Source of the DNA: Pristiophorus japonicus
Taxonomy: Eukaryota
Length of the DNA: 64,000 nt
NCBI RefSeq assembly: GCF_044704955.1
Contig: NC_091977.1
Location: forward strand, 239,816,001-239,880,000
Direction: 5' to 3'
A model generated the notes under the pieces. That model searched no databases. It saw nothing but the letters and a program-made list of their open reading frames with translations, and was not told the origin of the DNA. Made by a program: the position numbers and the translations under genes. Positions 25,300 to 37,905 of this stretch are shown here, piece after piece (within the stretch, counting starts at the first letter, position 1; each line of letters opens with the position of its first letter).

Positions 25300-28200
25300 A
25301 CACAGACCCATACCTGTAGCACAGCTCACCACTCCCTGCTGCTTCCTTCTCTTGTCAGCTCTTTCCCCAGGGTTGAAAAGCTTGCACTGATTGATATGGA
25401 ACCACTTAGTGCGTCGGGGCATTTTGACCACATATACCATCGGACTTGCCTTATCCACGATACTGTACGGTCCCATGTATAGCGGTTCAAAAGTCCCTAC
25501 CCTGGCGAACTTTCTGACCATTACTTAATCTCTGACCTTCCACTCGTGGTGCCTCCGAAGCTCAAGCAATAAACGATTTCTACGATGTTGCTTCCCCATG
25601 TTACTGGCAGCCTGCCAATGGATCTGTTTGAGATGTTCAAACAGATTCTTAACAAACCTTTTCCGGTTCACCGCTCTCAACTGACCTTCCATGAGAACCG
25701 GTGCCAGTACATGGCTGGGCGTTCTCATGACCCTGCCAGTCATGAGCTCATGTGGGGAATACCCTGTGCTTCTAGAGGGGCTGGCTCAGACCCCCATCAA
25801 AACTAACGGCAAGACCTCCACCCATTTTCTAGGCGAGTCTCCCGTTTCCTTTCATAACCTTTCTTTGATGGTCCTATTCATTCACTCCACAATCCCTGAT
25901 GACTGCAGGTTGTGGGCGACGTGCCATTTACCCTCTCCACCTAGCATCTTCAGAGTCGCCTGCATGACTGCCCCTGTGAAGTGACTCCCCTGATCGGACT
26001 CCACATACTGTGGTAGCCCCCACCTAGAGAATGCTTCTCTCACTAGAATCCTTGCGGTCCCCACAGCTGGGAAACCTTCTACCCATTTAGAAAACACATC
26101 TACCAGGACCAGGCAGTATTGTAACCCCCCTGCGCGATGGACAGCAGCCCGATATAATCGACCTGTATGGACTGCCATGGTCCCTCCACTCTCCTTGTGT
26201 GTCCCATGGATACCTTCCTTTTCTGGGGGTCAGGGTTGTTTGCAGCACACACCAAGCAATCCGCGCAGAAGTTGCGGACATCCTCCCTCAGTTACGGCCA
26301 CCACCCTGCCTGTTCCACCCGTTGCCAGGTGGTTTCCAGCCCAGGGTGCCCCGCTCCTGGACCCTCATGGGCCAACTGAAGGAATTCTCTCCGGTGCTGC
26401 TGTGGAACTACCCACTGTTCCCCTCTGAAAACCATCCCTTCCTTTACCGTAATGCCTGTCACTCCGTATGGACCCTCTACCTTATCACCCTTAGCCAGCG
26501 TCTCCAGAACAGTCTTTAGGATGGGATCCTGTGTCTGGACCATCTTTAGGTCCAGGGCCAATACTACCCCTGCACTCCCTTGTGTCCCATCTCTGTCCCT
26601 GATCGCGGCTACTGGACTCGACCCATAAGGATCCCAAAACATGCCCGTTCGAGCACCTTCCTTGGCCAGTATGTCGGCCTGCTGATTGACCTCTGCACGG
26701 GGTTCTGTCTTAGAATGGGCCTTGACTTTGTGGATATAGAAATCCCCCTGGGTTCCTATTGATGTTATGATCTGTTGCAACTATGGCTTGGTTGCTAGGG
26801 GTTTCCCGTCTGTGATGTGAACCCGCAACGAGACCAAATGGCTAAATATTCTGCATATGAATTGCAAGTGAACATGCTGTCCTAGCAAATCGTGTAGGGT
26901 GTAGGGAACTCTTCGGGGTGGGTAACCATATACACCACCGCTGACAGTTCAGCGTGCTGGGCGCTCATGGTGCTCGGGAGTTTAATGGCCTTGGCAATGC
27001 CCGCCTTTGGGTCAAAAATCTCGCATCCAGTGAATCACTCCCCTGCCACCACTGTACTGGACCCGTCTACATAGATCTCGCAGCCCGTAGGATTGATCCC
27101 AGCCCAAAACCCTATGTTTACATCCCATGCCCCTTCAACAGAACATTTGTGAGCCACCTCTAGATAGATCAAATTTGCGGCGAGCTTGGGCTCACAGAGG
27201 CCTTTCACGCTCAAATTCATCTGCGAGAGTAATAAAGTCCAGCAAGCAATGCGTGCACTGCTCACCATGCGTCCTTTATCCTCCCATCCAGAAGCATCTG
27301 AGTGGGCGTATGATGGGTTAAGAGAGTTATCGGGGACACCCCTGTGAAGATTTGTGATCTCTTCACGGCCCAAATGTGTGGCAAGCAGGTGCCTCTCACA
27401 ATTGGAGTACCCCCTCTCTACATCTGTGAGGATTCTTGATGAGTATACCACAGGCCTCAGCTTGCCATGTTGCTCCTGGAACAGCACTGCACTTAAACCG
27501 TCCCCTGGGGCAGCTACCTCCAAAAAGAACTGCTCTCCCCCATCAATTGCTCCCAAAGCCGGTGCGGTCTGCAGATCGCTCTTCAGACGACTAAAAGGTG
27601 CCATGCAGTCCTCATCCCACTCCCAGCCCACTCCCTTGTGGAGGAGCCGGAGTAGAGGGGCTGCCGTAGTGGCATAATCGCTCTATGAAATCCCTGCAGT
27701 ACCCTGGAAGGATCTTACTCCTGTTACCATGGTCGGGGCAGGTAGCTCCTCGCCTCATCGATGGCCCTCACCCCAGCCCGCACGGTCAGCCCGAGGATTT
27801 TTACTTCCTGCTGCCGATCTGTGCTTTCCTAGGATTGACCTTGAAGCCAGCTTCCTTTAACAGACTCAGCAGCTCAGCCAGCAGTGGGCCATACTCCTCC
27901 TCCTTTGTCGGATAACAAAAGCAGGTTGTCCACATACTGCACAAGCTGCTGCGGTCTGCTGAACCCTTTTGTTGGCCATACATTGCTGGAAAATAGAAGG
28001 ACTGTTATGAAACCCTTGGGGAAGGCAGGTCCATGTGTACTGCTGACACTTGAAAGTGAATGCGAGCTTCTGAGAGGGATAGACCAGAATCCACTTGAAA
28101 TGTCCAGCACCATGAATGTTTTCGCAGATGCTGGGATACTCCCGATCAGGTTGGCTACAGCTGCGACAGTGGAGGCACAAGCTGGGATGTTCTTGTTAAG

Positions 28201-28957
28201 AATCCGATAGTCCACAGTGGCTCTCCACGAATTGTCCGGTTTCCTAACCGGCCAAATCAGAGAGTTCACATGGGTCGCTATGAGTCTCAACACACGCCTC
28301 TAAATCCGCCTCAGCCTTTCTAGGGAAGTTGTACTGTTTCTGTGGTCGGGCCATGGGGTCTCCTTCTACTCTGACCTCCACCCCTGCTACCCTCCCACAG
28401 TCGTGCTTGTGTGTAGCGAATGCCACGAGGTTGGCTCGCAGATCCGCCCTGTACTCCGCCGGGGTAGAAGTGACCAAAGGTTCAAGGTCATTAATACCCT
28501 TGGGCTTCATTGTACACGCGGTTCCATTGCCTTGCTTCCCTGGTATAACTATCACCTCCTTCTGCTTTCCTGTGCATACTGCCCCCCATAGACAGTGATT
28601 CTGGAAATCCACCAATATCTTGTGGGCCAGTATGAAGTCTGTCCCCAAAATGCCTATTCCCCCCCACTCCCACCACATCAGGACACATTTCCACTCCATA
28701 TGGAGTGTCCTCAGATCGATGGCTAGCAGGATGGAGAAAGACCCCGTTCATTCGTTCCCGGTGAACCCTACTAAGTTATATGGGACCCCGTTCGATAGAG
28801 GTGATGTGGTCGGGTTATCTGCATAGACAATAGTGCTTGAAGCTCCAGTGTCCAGCAGCTAGGTCCCTTGCACCTTCTCCACCTCCATCTTCACGCACGT
28901 TCTTCTCCAAGCATTATAACTTAATGGGCACTGGTAAACGGGCTGGGAAGCCCCTCG
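25300..28957 (-). pseudogene. pol: pro-pol (PR, RT, tether, RNase H, IN), degenerate
   Basis: LLDTGAS; NSLIWPVRKPDNSWRATVDYR; LPQGFHNSP; QYVDN; tether FFLEVAA..RPVVYSSR; RNase H IYVDGSS..HAEL..KVKAHS; IN AHEGPGAGHPG, LVDVFSKW, SDQGSHF, QSSGIVE; GPY module. Confidence 0.92.
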
Positions 28958-30606
28958 TCATGGGTCGGGATTGTTCGGAGCGGATGGGAGTACGCTTCCT
29001 GCTGCCACCCTACCCTGCCCTGCCGGAAAGACTGCGCGGAGAACAGCCACTAATACCGCGAATGGATCCAGTGCTGCTTCCCACCACAGCTGCGGCTTTC
29101 CGCGCTGGGGCTGGAGGATCCCCTTTCCCGCTCCCTTTGTCAGAGACTGGGCAGTCTTTCCTCCAGTGCCCTTTACTCCCGCACCCATAACAACCCTGCT
29201 TCTTCTCTGAGCTACCCACTTTCTGGCGCCACTCTTTTCTAATGTTGCCTCCACTAGGCTTTAACTCGTGCACTCTGCCCTTTGGTTTGTCCTCCTCACC
29301 CCTACCATTCTTAAAAGAGAGAGTTAACTGCGGATCACCCCCTCGTCTGTGGTCTGGGGATCCTTGGAATCGAACCACCCCTCTCCTTTGGCCTTGATCC
29401 TGGGCAGGCTGTTCACCACCAGGGTCCTCAGCCAATGAGCCTGAGGCTCCCCCTGCAGTTGCGCCCGGTCAGGCACCCCCACACAGGCACTCCGGTAGAC
29501 AGGCCAAAGCCTGCAGTGCCTCCCCAGCTAACTGCAGTGTCCTTTCCTCTCAGGAGAAGGGACTTCCATCATTGAGGTCCATAGCCTCTAGGATGTCATC
29601 CTTTATCCCCTCTAACATACCCTGCCCCTCTTGCTACCTGCTGAGAGCAACTGGTACAACCTACTATCCAGGGAAAACAAAAGTAATTTGGCTGCCTCAG
29701 CTTCATTACAATTATTGATCCCACCCCCCCACCTGTTCCACATCCATAAAATGGACAGATGGGTCGTCATTGCTGGTCAGTTTGGTCAGGTTAGAGACCA
29801 TTGCCTGCAGCTGAGAGGTCATATACTGGACTACGAAGTCACTCTGCAATGGTCCTTGCTCTTGACCGCCTACGGGTGCACCGTATTTCTGCTACCGGAC
29901 AGGGCACATGGATCCTGGTCCCGGCACTTCGAGCGGTGGTCGAGTGTCCTCCTCTGCCTCACAGTCCTTCTTATCTTTCCCCTGCTCTACCTCATCTACC
30001 CGGGCCATTCCCGGAGCTATCAAGCATACCATCCCTTTAGCCCTAGATAGAGCATCGGTTAAATTCTGGATCTGCTCCTGGCAAGGACCATGATTAGCCG
30101 TATCAAAACCTCTAGTGCTGGAGACTCTGTATGCCACCTGAATATCCTTCAACTGCTCTTGCAGCACCTTTACCTCACTCGACAAACGAACGTTCTCCTC
30201 CCTAACCGCCTCTCGTTCCCTTTTGGCTCAGTTACTTGGCATTGCTGGAACTCCTTATGGTTACGGAAGGTTTCCTCCTGGCTTATTCTTCCCCTCTTCT
30301 TATCCCTTAGCTGCGTGCATAACCTGCTCTTTACTACAGCCCTTGCGTCCGATTGTGCCTTGGACTCCCTGAGCTCTGCCGCTAACTTACCAACTGCTCA
30401 TCTAGCAGTTGGACTTGTCTTTGTAGACAGACGAGCCATATTGCCTTTTCAATGCTACGCCTATGCTCCTTGCCCTTCGTCCATTCTGCCGCTGCCTCCA
30501 TTGGACGATCAGCACGCAACAAGCCTAGCACCTTGTTAACCTTCTTAAATACATATGAAGAAATCCCTTCCTCCATTTGTGATCTTTCGCCAGAAGCACT
30601 GTCCAT
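28958..30606 (-). pseudogene. gag: gag with coiled-coil segment and a single CCHC knuckle, degenerate
   Basis: ATG at 30606; heptad-like EVKVLQEQLKDIQ..QEQIQNLTDAL; CYGCGSKGHWRKDCP. Confidence 0.8.
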
Positions 30607-30632
30607 GACTGACTTAGACTCCTTTAACCCGT

Positions 30633-30650
30633 GTCCTGTCGTGGTCGCAA
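30633..30650 (-). promoter_or_regulatory. PBS, probably tRNA-Arg
   Basis: GTCCTGTCGTGGTCGCAA versus the tRNA-Arg(TCG) 3' end GTCCTGCCGCGGTCGCCA (15/18); lies 5 nt from the LTR. Confidence 0.7.
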
Positions 30651-30655
30651 AGAGA

Positions 30656-31848
30656 TGTAAGCGGTTTTGATCCTAGCCTAATTGCTAGATGGACGGTTTG
30701 AATCGCCCCCGCCTTACGAAAGTTCTAGACCCGGGAATTATTATTCAGAGTGTAAATGAAATGAGTCACGGACAGGAATGCTTTGATGAAAAAAATCATA
30801 CTTTATTTATTTGGTCTAATATACACTGGCTAAAACATGCACTACTAAATGAAATCACTGTCTTTGTGGAGAATAAAATCCAGGTTACAAACAACATACA
30901 TACAGTACAGAAATGAGACCTGGTAACATGCAGTAATTCCCTGGTGGATTTTACCTCTACCCCTACCAACGAATTACCCTCCCCAGAATAACACTGAGAA
31001 GCTTCACTTCTGAGAAAACCCTGAGCCCTTACCCAGCATGCCTGGGATATCTGGTTACTGGCTTGGGACACTCACGATCATGCACACCATCACATGCAGC
31101 CGGTTTCCTTTCTCAGCTCAGCTGTGGGAAGTTACTGCCTGGTCTTCAGTCTCGGCGGCTTCTTCTACCGTACTGCAGCCCCTTCCTCTGGTACATCGAT
31201 CTTGGTGCAGCGAGAGCGAGAGGTAGAGAGAGCTCTCTCTAGATACAAGCAGCAAGCTGCAAGCTCCAAGCTTCACTCCAAGCTCCAAGCTTCAAGCTAA
31301 AAATAAAGTGGAAAAGACTCTGTCTTTATGGGAGTTTTGCTACCCCTATCTTTCCCGCCAATCTTTAAAACCCCTTTGTATCTAAGCAGTATCTTAGTCA
31401 GTGATAGGTCATCCAACCCACATGCATTGGGTGATGGCCCTTAATCTGGGCATCTATTCGAGTCTTTGTGTTGGGAAAAATCTGGCTCCCCTTTGGCTGG
31501 CCAGGCTAGTGGGTTCATTGTTTCTGTTTTTCCTTCTGAGATGGAGGTGAGAAGTGCTTTTGCATATTAGAGTGGCTTTGTCAATGCCCGCCCCTCCTGC
31601 CCCCTTCCTGGCCGACAGCTCTTTTGTCAATATTCATGGCCCACTTCCTTTAGCTGTGACTGGTGGGCAAACCCATTCTGGATGACTGACAGTTCTTTTG
31701 TCACAGCTAACTGCCATGCGGTCCCTGGAGTTTTAACAAAACCAGCTTTATCCCATCACAGGGAAAATACCCTCAGAAAAACCCATAAAGTCCATGAAAT
31801 ATTCTCGACTGAGTCCATTCTTTAAACAGCAACTTTGCGATCTCTTCA
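30656..31848 (-). repeat. 5' LTR of the Loki-like provirus
   Basis: Direct repeat of 21419-22622 with scattered substitutions and a few small indels. Confidence 0.93.
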
Positions 31849-32876
31849 CTAGTGGGGTGCTGCAAGGATCGGTGCTTGGGCCTCAACTATTTACAATCTA
31901 TATTAATGAATTGGATGAAGGGATCGAGTGTAAAGTAGCCAAGTTTGCTGATGATACAAAGATGGGTGGGAAAGCAAATTGTGAGGAGGACACAAAAAAT
32001 CTGCAAAGCGATATAGACAGGCTAAGTGAGTGGGCAAAAATTTGGCAGGTGGAGTACAATGTAGTAAAATGTGAGGTTATCCACTTTGGCAGAAAAAATA
32101 GAAAAGCAAATTATAATTTAAATGGAGAAAAAAATGCAAAGTGCTGCAGTACAGAGGGACCTGGGGGTCCTTGTGCATGAAACACAAAAATTTGGTATGC
32201 AGGTCCAACAATTAATCAGGAAGGCAAATGGACTGTTGGCCTTTATTGCTTGGGGGATGGAGTATAAAAGCAGAGAAGTCCTGCTACAACTGTACAGGGT
32301 ATTGGTGAGGCCACACCTAGAGTACTGCGTGCAGTTTTGGTCTCTGTATTTAAGGAAGGATATATTTGCATTGGAGGCTATTCAGAGAATGTTCACGAGG
32401 TTGATTCCGGAGATGAGGGGTTTAGCATGAAGATAGGTTGAGTCGGTTGGGCCGAGACTCATTGGCGTTCAGAAGAATGAGAGGTGATCTTATTAAAACC
32501 GATAAGATAATGAGGGGGCTCATCAAAATGGATGCAGAGAGGATATTTCCACTCATTGGGGAAATTAAAACTAGGGGGCATGGTCTCAGAATAAGTGGCC
32601 GCCCATTTAAAACTGAGAGAAGGAGGAATTTCTTCTTTCAGAGGGTTGTAAGTCGATGGAATTTTCTGCCCCAGAGAGCTGTGGAGGCTGGGTCATTGAG
32701 TATACTTAAGACGGAGATAGACAGATTTTTGAGTGATAAGGGAATAAAGGGATATGGAGAGCAGGCACGGAAGTGGAGCTGAATCCATGATCAGATCAGC
32801 CATGATCTTATTAAATGGCGGAGCAGGCTCGAGAGCCAAATGGCCTACTCCTGCTCCGATTTCTTATGTTCTTATG
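31849..32876 (+). mobile_element. CR1 LINE part 3 (RT C-terminal half, 3' UTR, tail)
   Basis: SGVLQGSVLGP, KFADDTK, RPHLEYCVQFW; tail TTCTTATGTTCTTATGT. Confidence 0.92.
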
Positions 32877-32950
32877 TCTGTCCTGTCCTGTCCTGTGTCC
32901 TGTGTCCTGTGTCCTGTGTCATGTCCTGTCCTGTCCTGTCCAGTCCTGCA
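32876..32950 (+). repeat. (TGTCC)n microsatellite abutting the CR1 tail
   Basis: ctgtcctgtcctgtcctgtgtcctg... Confidence 0.9.
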
Positions 32951-34725
32951 CTGCCTTCGTTTCTTCCTCCCTCAGCGACAACCCCTCATCGCCCTGCGCC
33001 GAGCCCTTAATGCTCTCTGACCTGGCGGACATCCGCTCTCGGAGTGGTGAATAAAGGGGAGGGCGCCTGCGCCCTCGTCCTGCATTGTTATTTGTTGACT
33101 GAATCACAGGTCGGCTCGACGAAGGCGGCCATAGCATGGTCCGGGCCGCCAACATGCAACCCAAATCTCCATTGTCCTGGTGGCCCAGTGGTGGCCATCA
33201 AAGGCCATGCAAAGTGCACAGCGACCCTCCCCTTTAATGTGGCCCCCAGGCCACTAATAATCACGCGAGTAAAAAACAAAACTTTTCAAAAGTTGCCAAA
33301 GATTCTCACAAGTTTTTGGAACTCCCAACAAGTTTTTAGAACGCCGCAAACTTTTCCAGCACAAAAATCCCGATTCCACCTCCTCTGGCGGTCTCAAGCA
33401 GCCCAGAAAAATGTTCCGACACAAAAAGCTGTTGGGGGCACCGTCAGGAAGCAAGTCGGCATTTATACTGAATTTCGGTGGTGGGGCGAAGCGACAGCGG
33501 TGTGCACTGTGATTGTTAAACCCATTAACAATATTTTCCTCGGTCATGTTTTTTCTCTTTTATTATCTATTCTATTCAGCCTATTTGGAAGGCCTTATAT
33601 TTTTTTTCATATGTTTATTTAGTGGGCCTGTGTTCTTTGGTGGCCCTGGGGCTGTAGCCTAATTTTCCCCATGGTTAATCCGCCCCTAGCTATGTGGCTT
33701 CTCTGCGTAGCGCTGATGCATTTTAACGCCCCTTTCCTTCCAATAAAGGGGAGTGCCACTACAAACTCTGCAGGCCCTTTGATGGCCTCCACTGGGTATC
33801 AGGGCTGCGTGGTGCCGTGGTCACAGCCCGGCACCAAAACAGAGTGCCCCCAGAGATGCTAAAAGGAGGCGCAGAACACGGCAATTTTGGTTCCAAAAGC
33901 TTTAAGGAAAGACTTCACATCTAGAATCCTCATTGCTTAGCATGTAGGCAACAGTTACAAACTTGCCTCTATAGTATACCCTCTCACACATAGATACTGC
34001 ATTCCAGTTCAATATTAGGTTAACATTTTTTCCTGTCCCTGTCAGATGAAGGCGTTCTGAATTGCTTTGCAACAGAAGGTTAATATTTGTCAGGCTGCAT
34101 ACTGATCCCCTAGGAATTCTATTGCAATTCCAGTCAAAGGTTTGATGTGGTCATAAGATTAGCTTCACTGATTTAGTCACTTAGCTCCTTTAAAGTCCGA
34201 TAATTATACAAATTACAGGCATCATAAAACACCCATTTTAATCACACTTTTATCTGTAACCAAGTTATCATCAAGGCAGAGCTCACTAATTGCCGAAGAT
34301 AATCTTTTTTTTAAAATATTATTCTTATTATAATAATTCACAAAGGGGCAATGATTTTAATATAATGGTTAATTTATGAAATAATCTGAAAGGGTAATTA
34401 TTCAAACACGGGAATCATTTTGTTGCTGGTATAATTGGAAAATTCAGTTGCTTAGCACATAACTGAAAGTGAGTCGATGAAAATCTGTCAAGAAAAGCAG
34501 TCAATGGTACCATATTTTCTTCTATACTTATATACTTATCATTTACAGGGAACACTATTAAAAGCGGTTGAGAGAATAAAGGATCCAGGTGTTATGGTGC
34601 ACAGATCACTGAATGTAGAGAATCATAGAAATTTACTTCACAGTAGGAGGCCATTTAGACCATTGTGTTTACTCCGGTTGAAAAAAAAAGAGCTATTCAG
34701 CCTTATCCCACTTTCCAGCACTTAG

Positions 34726-36790
34726 AAACATTGAAACATAGAAACATAGAAAATAGGTGCAGGAGTAGGCCATTTGGCCCTTCGAGCCTGCACCACCATT
34801 CAATATGATCATGGCTGATCATGCAACTTCAGTACACCATTCCTGCTTTCTCTCCATATCACTTGATCCCTGTAGCCTTAAGAGCCACATCTAACTCCCT
34901 TTTGAATATATCTAACGAACTGGCCTCAACAACTTTCTGTGGTAGAGAATTTCACAGGTTCACAATTCTCTGAGTGAAGAGGTTTCTCTTCATCTTGGTC
35001 CTAAATGGCTTACCTCTTATCCTTAGACTGTGAGCCTTGGTTCTGGACTTCCCCAACATCGGGAAATTCTTCCTGCATCTAACCTGTCCAATCCCATCAG
35101 AATTCGATATGTTTCTTCTAAATTCCAGTGATTTTAAGCCTAGTCGATCCAGTCTTTCTTCATATGACAGTCCTGCCATCCCAGGAATCAGTCTGGTGAA
35201 TTTGCTCATTCACCTAATCTGTCCAAGTCCCCCTGCAGCCTCCTAGCATCCTCCTCGCAGCTCGCACTGCCACCCAGCTTGGTGTCATCTGCAAACTTGG
35301 AGATATTACATTCAATTCCTTCATCTAAATCATTAATGTATATTTTAAATAGCTGGGGTACACTAGTCACTGTCTGCCATTCTGAAAAGGACCCATTTAT
35401 TCCCATTCTTTGCTTCCTGTCTGCCAACCAGTTCTCTATCCAATTCAATACATTACCCCTAATACCATGTGTCTTAATTTTGCACACTAATCCCTTGTGT
35501 GGGACCTTGTCAAAAGCCTTTTGAAAATCCATAGGTTCTACCTTATCCACTCTACTAGTTACATCCTTAAAAAACGCTAGAAGATTTGTCAAGCATGATT
35601 TCCCTTTCATAAATCCATGCTGACTTGAACCGATCCTGTCACAGCTTTCCAAATGCGCTGCTATTAGAGCTTTAATAATTGATTCCAGCATTTTCCCCAA
35701 CACCGATGTCAGGTTAACTGATCTATAATTCCCTGTTTTCTCTCTTCCTCCTTTTTTAAAAAGTGGGGTTTCATTAGATACCCTCCAATCCATAGGAACT
35801 GAACCCGAGTCGATGGAATGTTTCCTGACTAATAAGGATTTCCCTCAGTTCCCCCTTCTCACTAGACCTTCGGTCCCCTAATATTTTCGGGAGGTTATTC
35901 GTGTCTTCCTTAGTGAAGACAGAACCAAAGTATTTGTTCAATTGGTCTGCCATTTCCTTCTTCCCCATTATGAATTCACCTGATTCTGACTGCAAGGGAC
36001 CTACATTAGTCTTCACTAATCTTTTTCTCTTCACATATCCATAGAAGCTTTTGCAGTCAGTTTTTATGTTCTCTGCAAGCTTACTCTCGTTCTCTATTTT
36101 CCCCCTCCTAATGAAACCCTTAGTCCTCCTCTGCTGAATTCTAAATTTCTCCCAGTCCTCAGGTTTGCTGCTTTTTCTGGCCAATTTATATGCCTCCTCC
36201 TTGGATTTAACACTTGCCCAAATTTCCCTTGTTAGCCAAAGTTGAGTCACCTTCGCTTTTTTATTCTTACGCCACATAGGAATGTACAATTGATGTAGTT
36301 CATCCATGTGATATTTAATGTCTGCCATTGCCTATCCACCGTCAACCCCTTTAAGTATCCTTCCCCAGTCTATCCTAGCCAATTCACGTCTCATACCATA
36401 TAGATTCCATATCATCCACGTTAATGTCCTTCCTTACTATTGCGTTAATCTTCTCTTCCCTTCCTGTCTGTCGTTTCTGAATATTGAATACCCCTGGATG
36501 TTGAGTTCCCAGCCTTGGTCACCCTGGAGCCATGTCTCCGTAATCCTAATTACATCATATCCGTTAACAGCTATCTGCGCAGTAAATTCACCCACCTTAT
36601 TACAAATGCTCCTCGCATTGAGACTCAGAGCCTTCAGGCTTGTTTTTTTAACACTCTATCCTTTTAGAATTATGTTGTAATTTGGCCCTTTTTGATTTTT
36701 GCCCTTGATTTCTCTGCCCTCCACTCTTGCTTTTCTCCTTCCTACCTTTTGCTTCTGCCCTCTTTTTACTTCCCTCTGCCTCCCTGCCTT
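34726..36790 (-). mobile_element. CR1 LINE with internal deletions
   Basis: (GAAACATA)n tail at the left end; ORFs 35206-35793 (FADD) and 35774-36328; endonuclease remnant to about 36650. Confidence 0.92.
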
Positions 36791-36904
36791 GGTCCGTAGC
36801 CTTGCAGTATACGCCACCTCAAATGCATATCCAAATATTTTTCAAATGTGATGAGGGTTTCTCCACCAACCTTTCAGCAAGTGGGTGAATCTGAACCAGG
36901 TGAA

Positions 36905-37560
36905 TTTTCTACTTTGATTGCTGCCAACATTTTAAGTACCTCCTCTTTATTTTTATCCCATTCAATTTCTCTACCCAGTCCCCTCCCCCCTTTGCTGTGA
37001 CATTGGCAGCATTCTCATCTTTTGTGATGACAGGTGCAAAATATTCAGTTAGCACCTTAGTCATGCCATCTGCCTCCATAGGAATATATCCTTTTTGGTC
37101 CCTAATTGTCCCTACCCTTTCTTTGGCTATCACTTTACTTTATATATGCTTATAAAAGTCTTTATTGTTCCCTTTTATGTTACCTGCTAATCTTCTCATA
37201 CGTTCTTTGCCCCTCATTTCCTTTTTCAGTTCTCTGCACTTCATGTATTCGGCTTGATTCTCCACTAAATTTTTAACCTGCCACTTTCAGAAATCTCCTT
37301 TTTCTGTTTCATTTTAATCTCAGTATCTTTAATCATCCTGGGGGCTCTAGCTTTGGATACCCTTCCTTTCTCTCCTGACATGGTTGTGTTTAGTCTGTAC
37401 CCGATCTTCCTTGAAGGCCTCCTCCCATTGTTCATTTATCTGCCATCTATTTCCACTCCACTTGGGCTAAATCCCTTTTCAACTCACTGAAATTTAACCC
37501 TTAACCTTTTATTGTCCCTTTCTAGAACTACTCTAAACATAACGATTGTAATCACGGTTT
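36905..37560 (-). mobile_element. Old CR1 ORF2 remnant
   Basis: KERVGTIRDQKG..VLTEYFAPVITKDE. Confidence 0.65.
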
Positions 37561-37905
37561 CCCAAATGCTCTCCCATTCAGGGCTATCCATTGATCCCTA
37601 TTGGAAGTGGACTTTGGACAAGATCAAGCTTGGCTGTGATGTTCCCAGGTCAAATAACCTGCCAATATTAATTAAGGCACTGCTGAATAATTTGAGTTTT
37701 GCACCAAAGGGTAACAACCAATAGAAATGCACTTCTACAAGGAGAAGATGATAAGAGGAAAGAGAATAATGGGGGAAAATAAATTGCAAATAAAATCCGG
37801 CAAGGAAAAAAATGCAATCCAGGCTGTTTCAATGCAAGACAACATTGTAATCACCTCGCCCGACATCCCCACCCTGTCTCAGCGCATTTGCTGCTGAAAT
37901 CATGC

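Larger units (their letters stand above)
21419..31848 (-). mobile_element. Full-length endogenous retrovirus, lokiretrovirus-like
   Basis: Two LTRs of about 1.2 kb; perfect 4-bp TSD CTAG (21415-21418 and 31849-31852) splitting the CR1 VTS|GVLQG motif; PBS, PPT, gag-pro-pol-env order; pol has both a tether and a second RNase H. The lokiretrovirus label is inferred from the env type. Confidence 0.85.

Noticed and set aside
32950-33900. 192-aa ORF 33044-33622 or a distinct transposon
   Set aside because: No motifs. It is probably a non-autonomous DNA element remnant, but its termini could not be paired.
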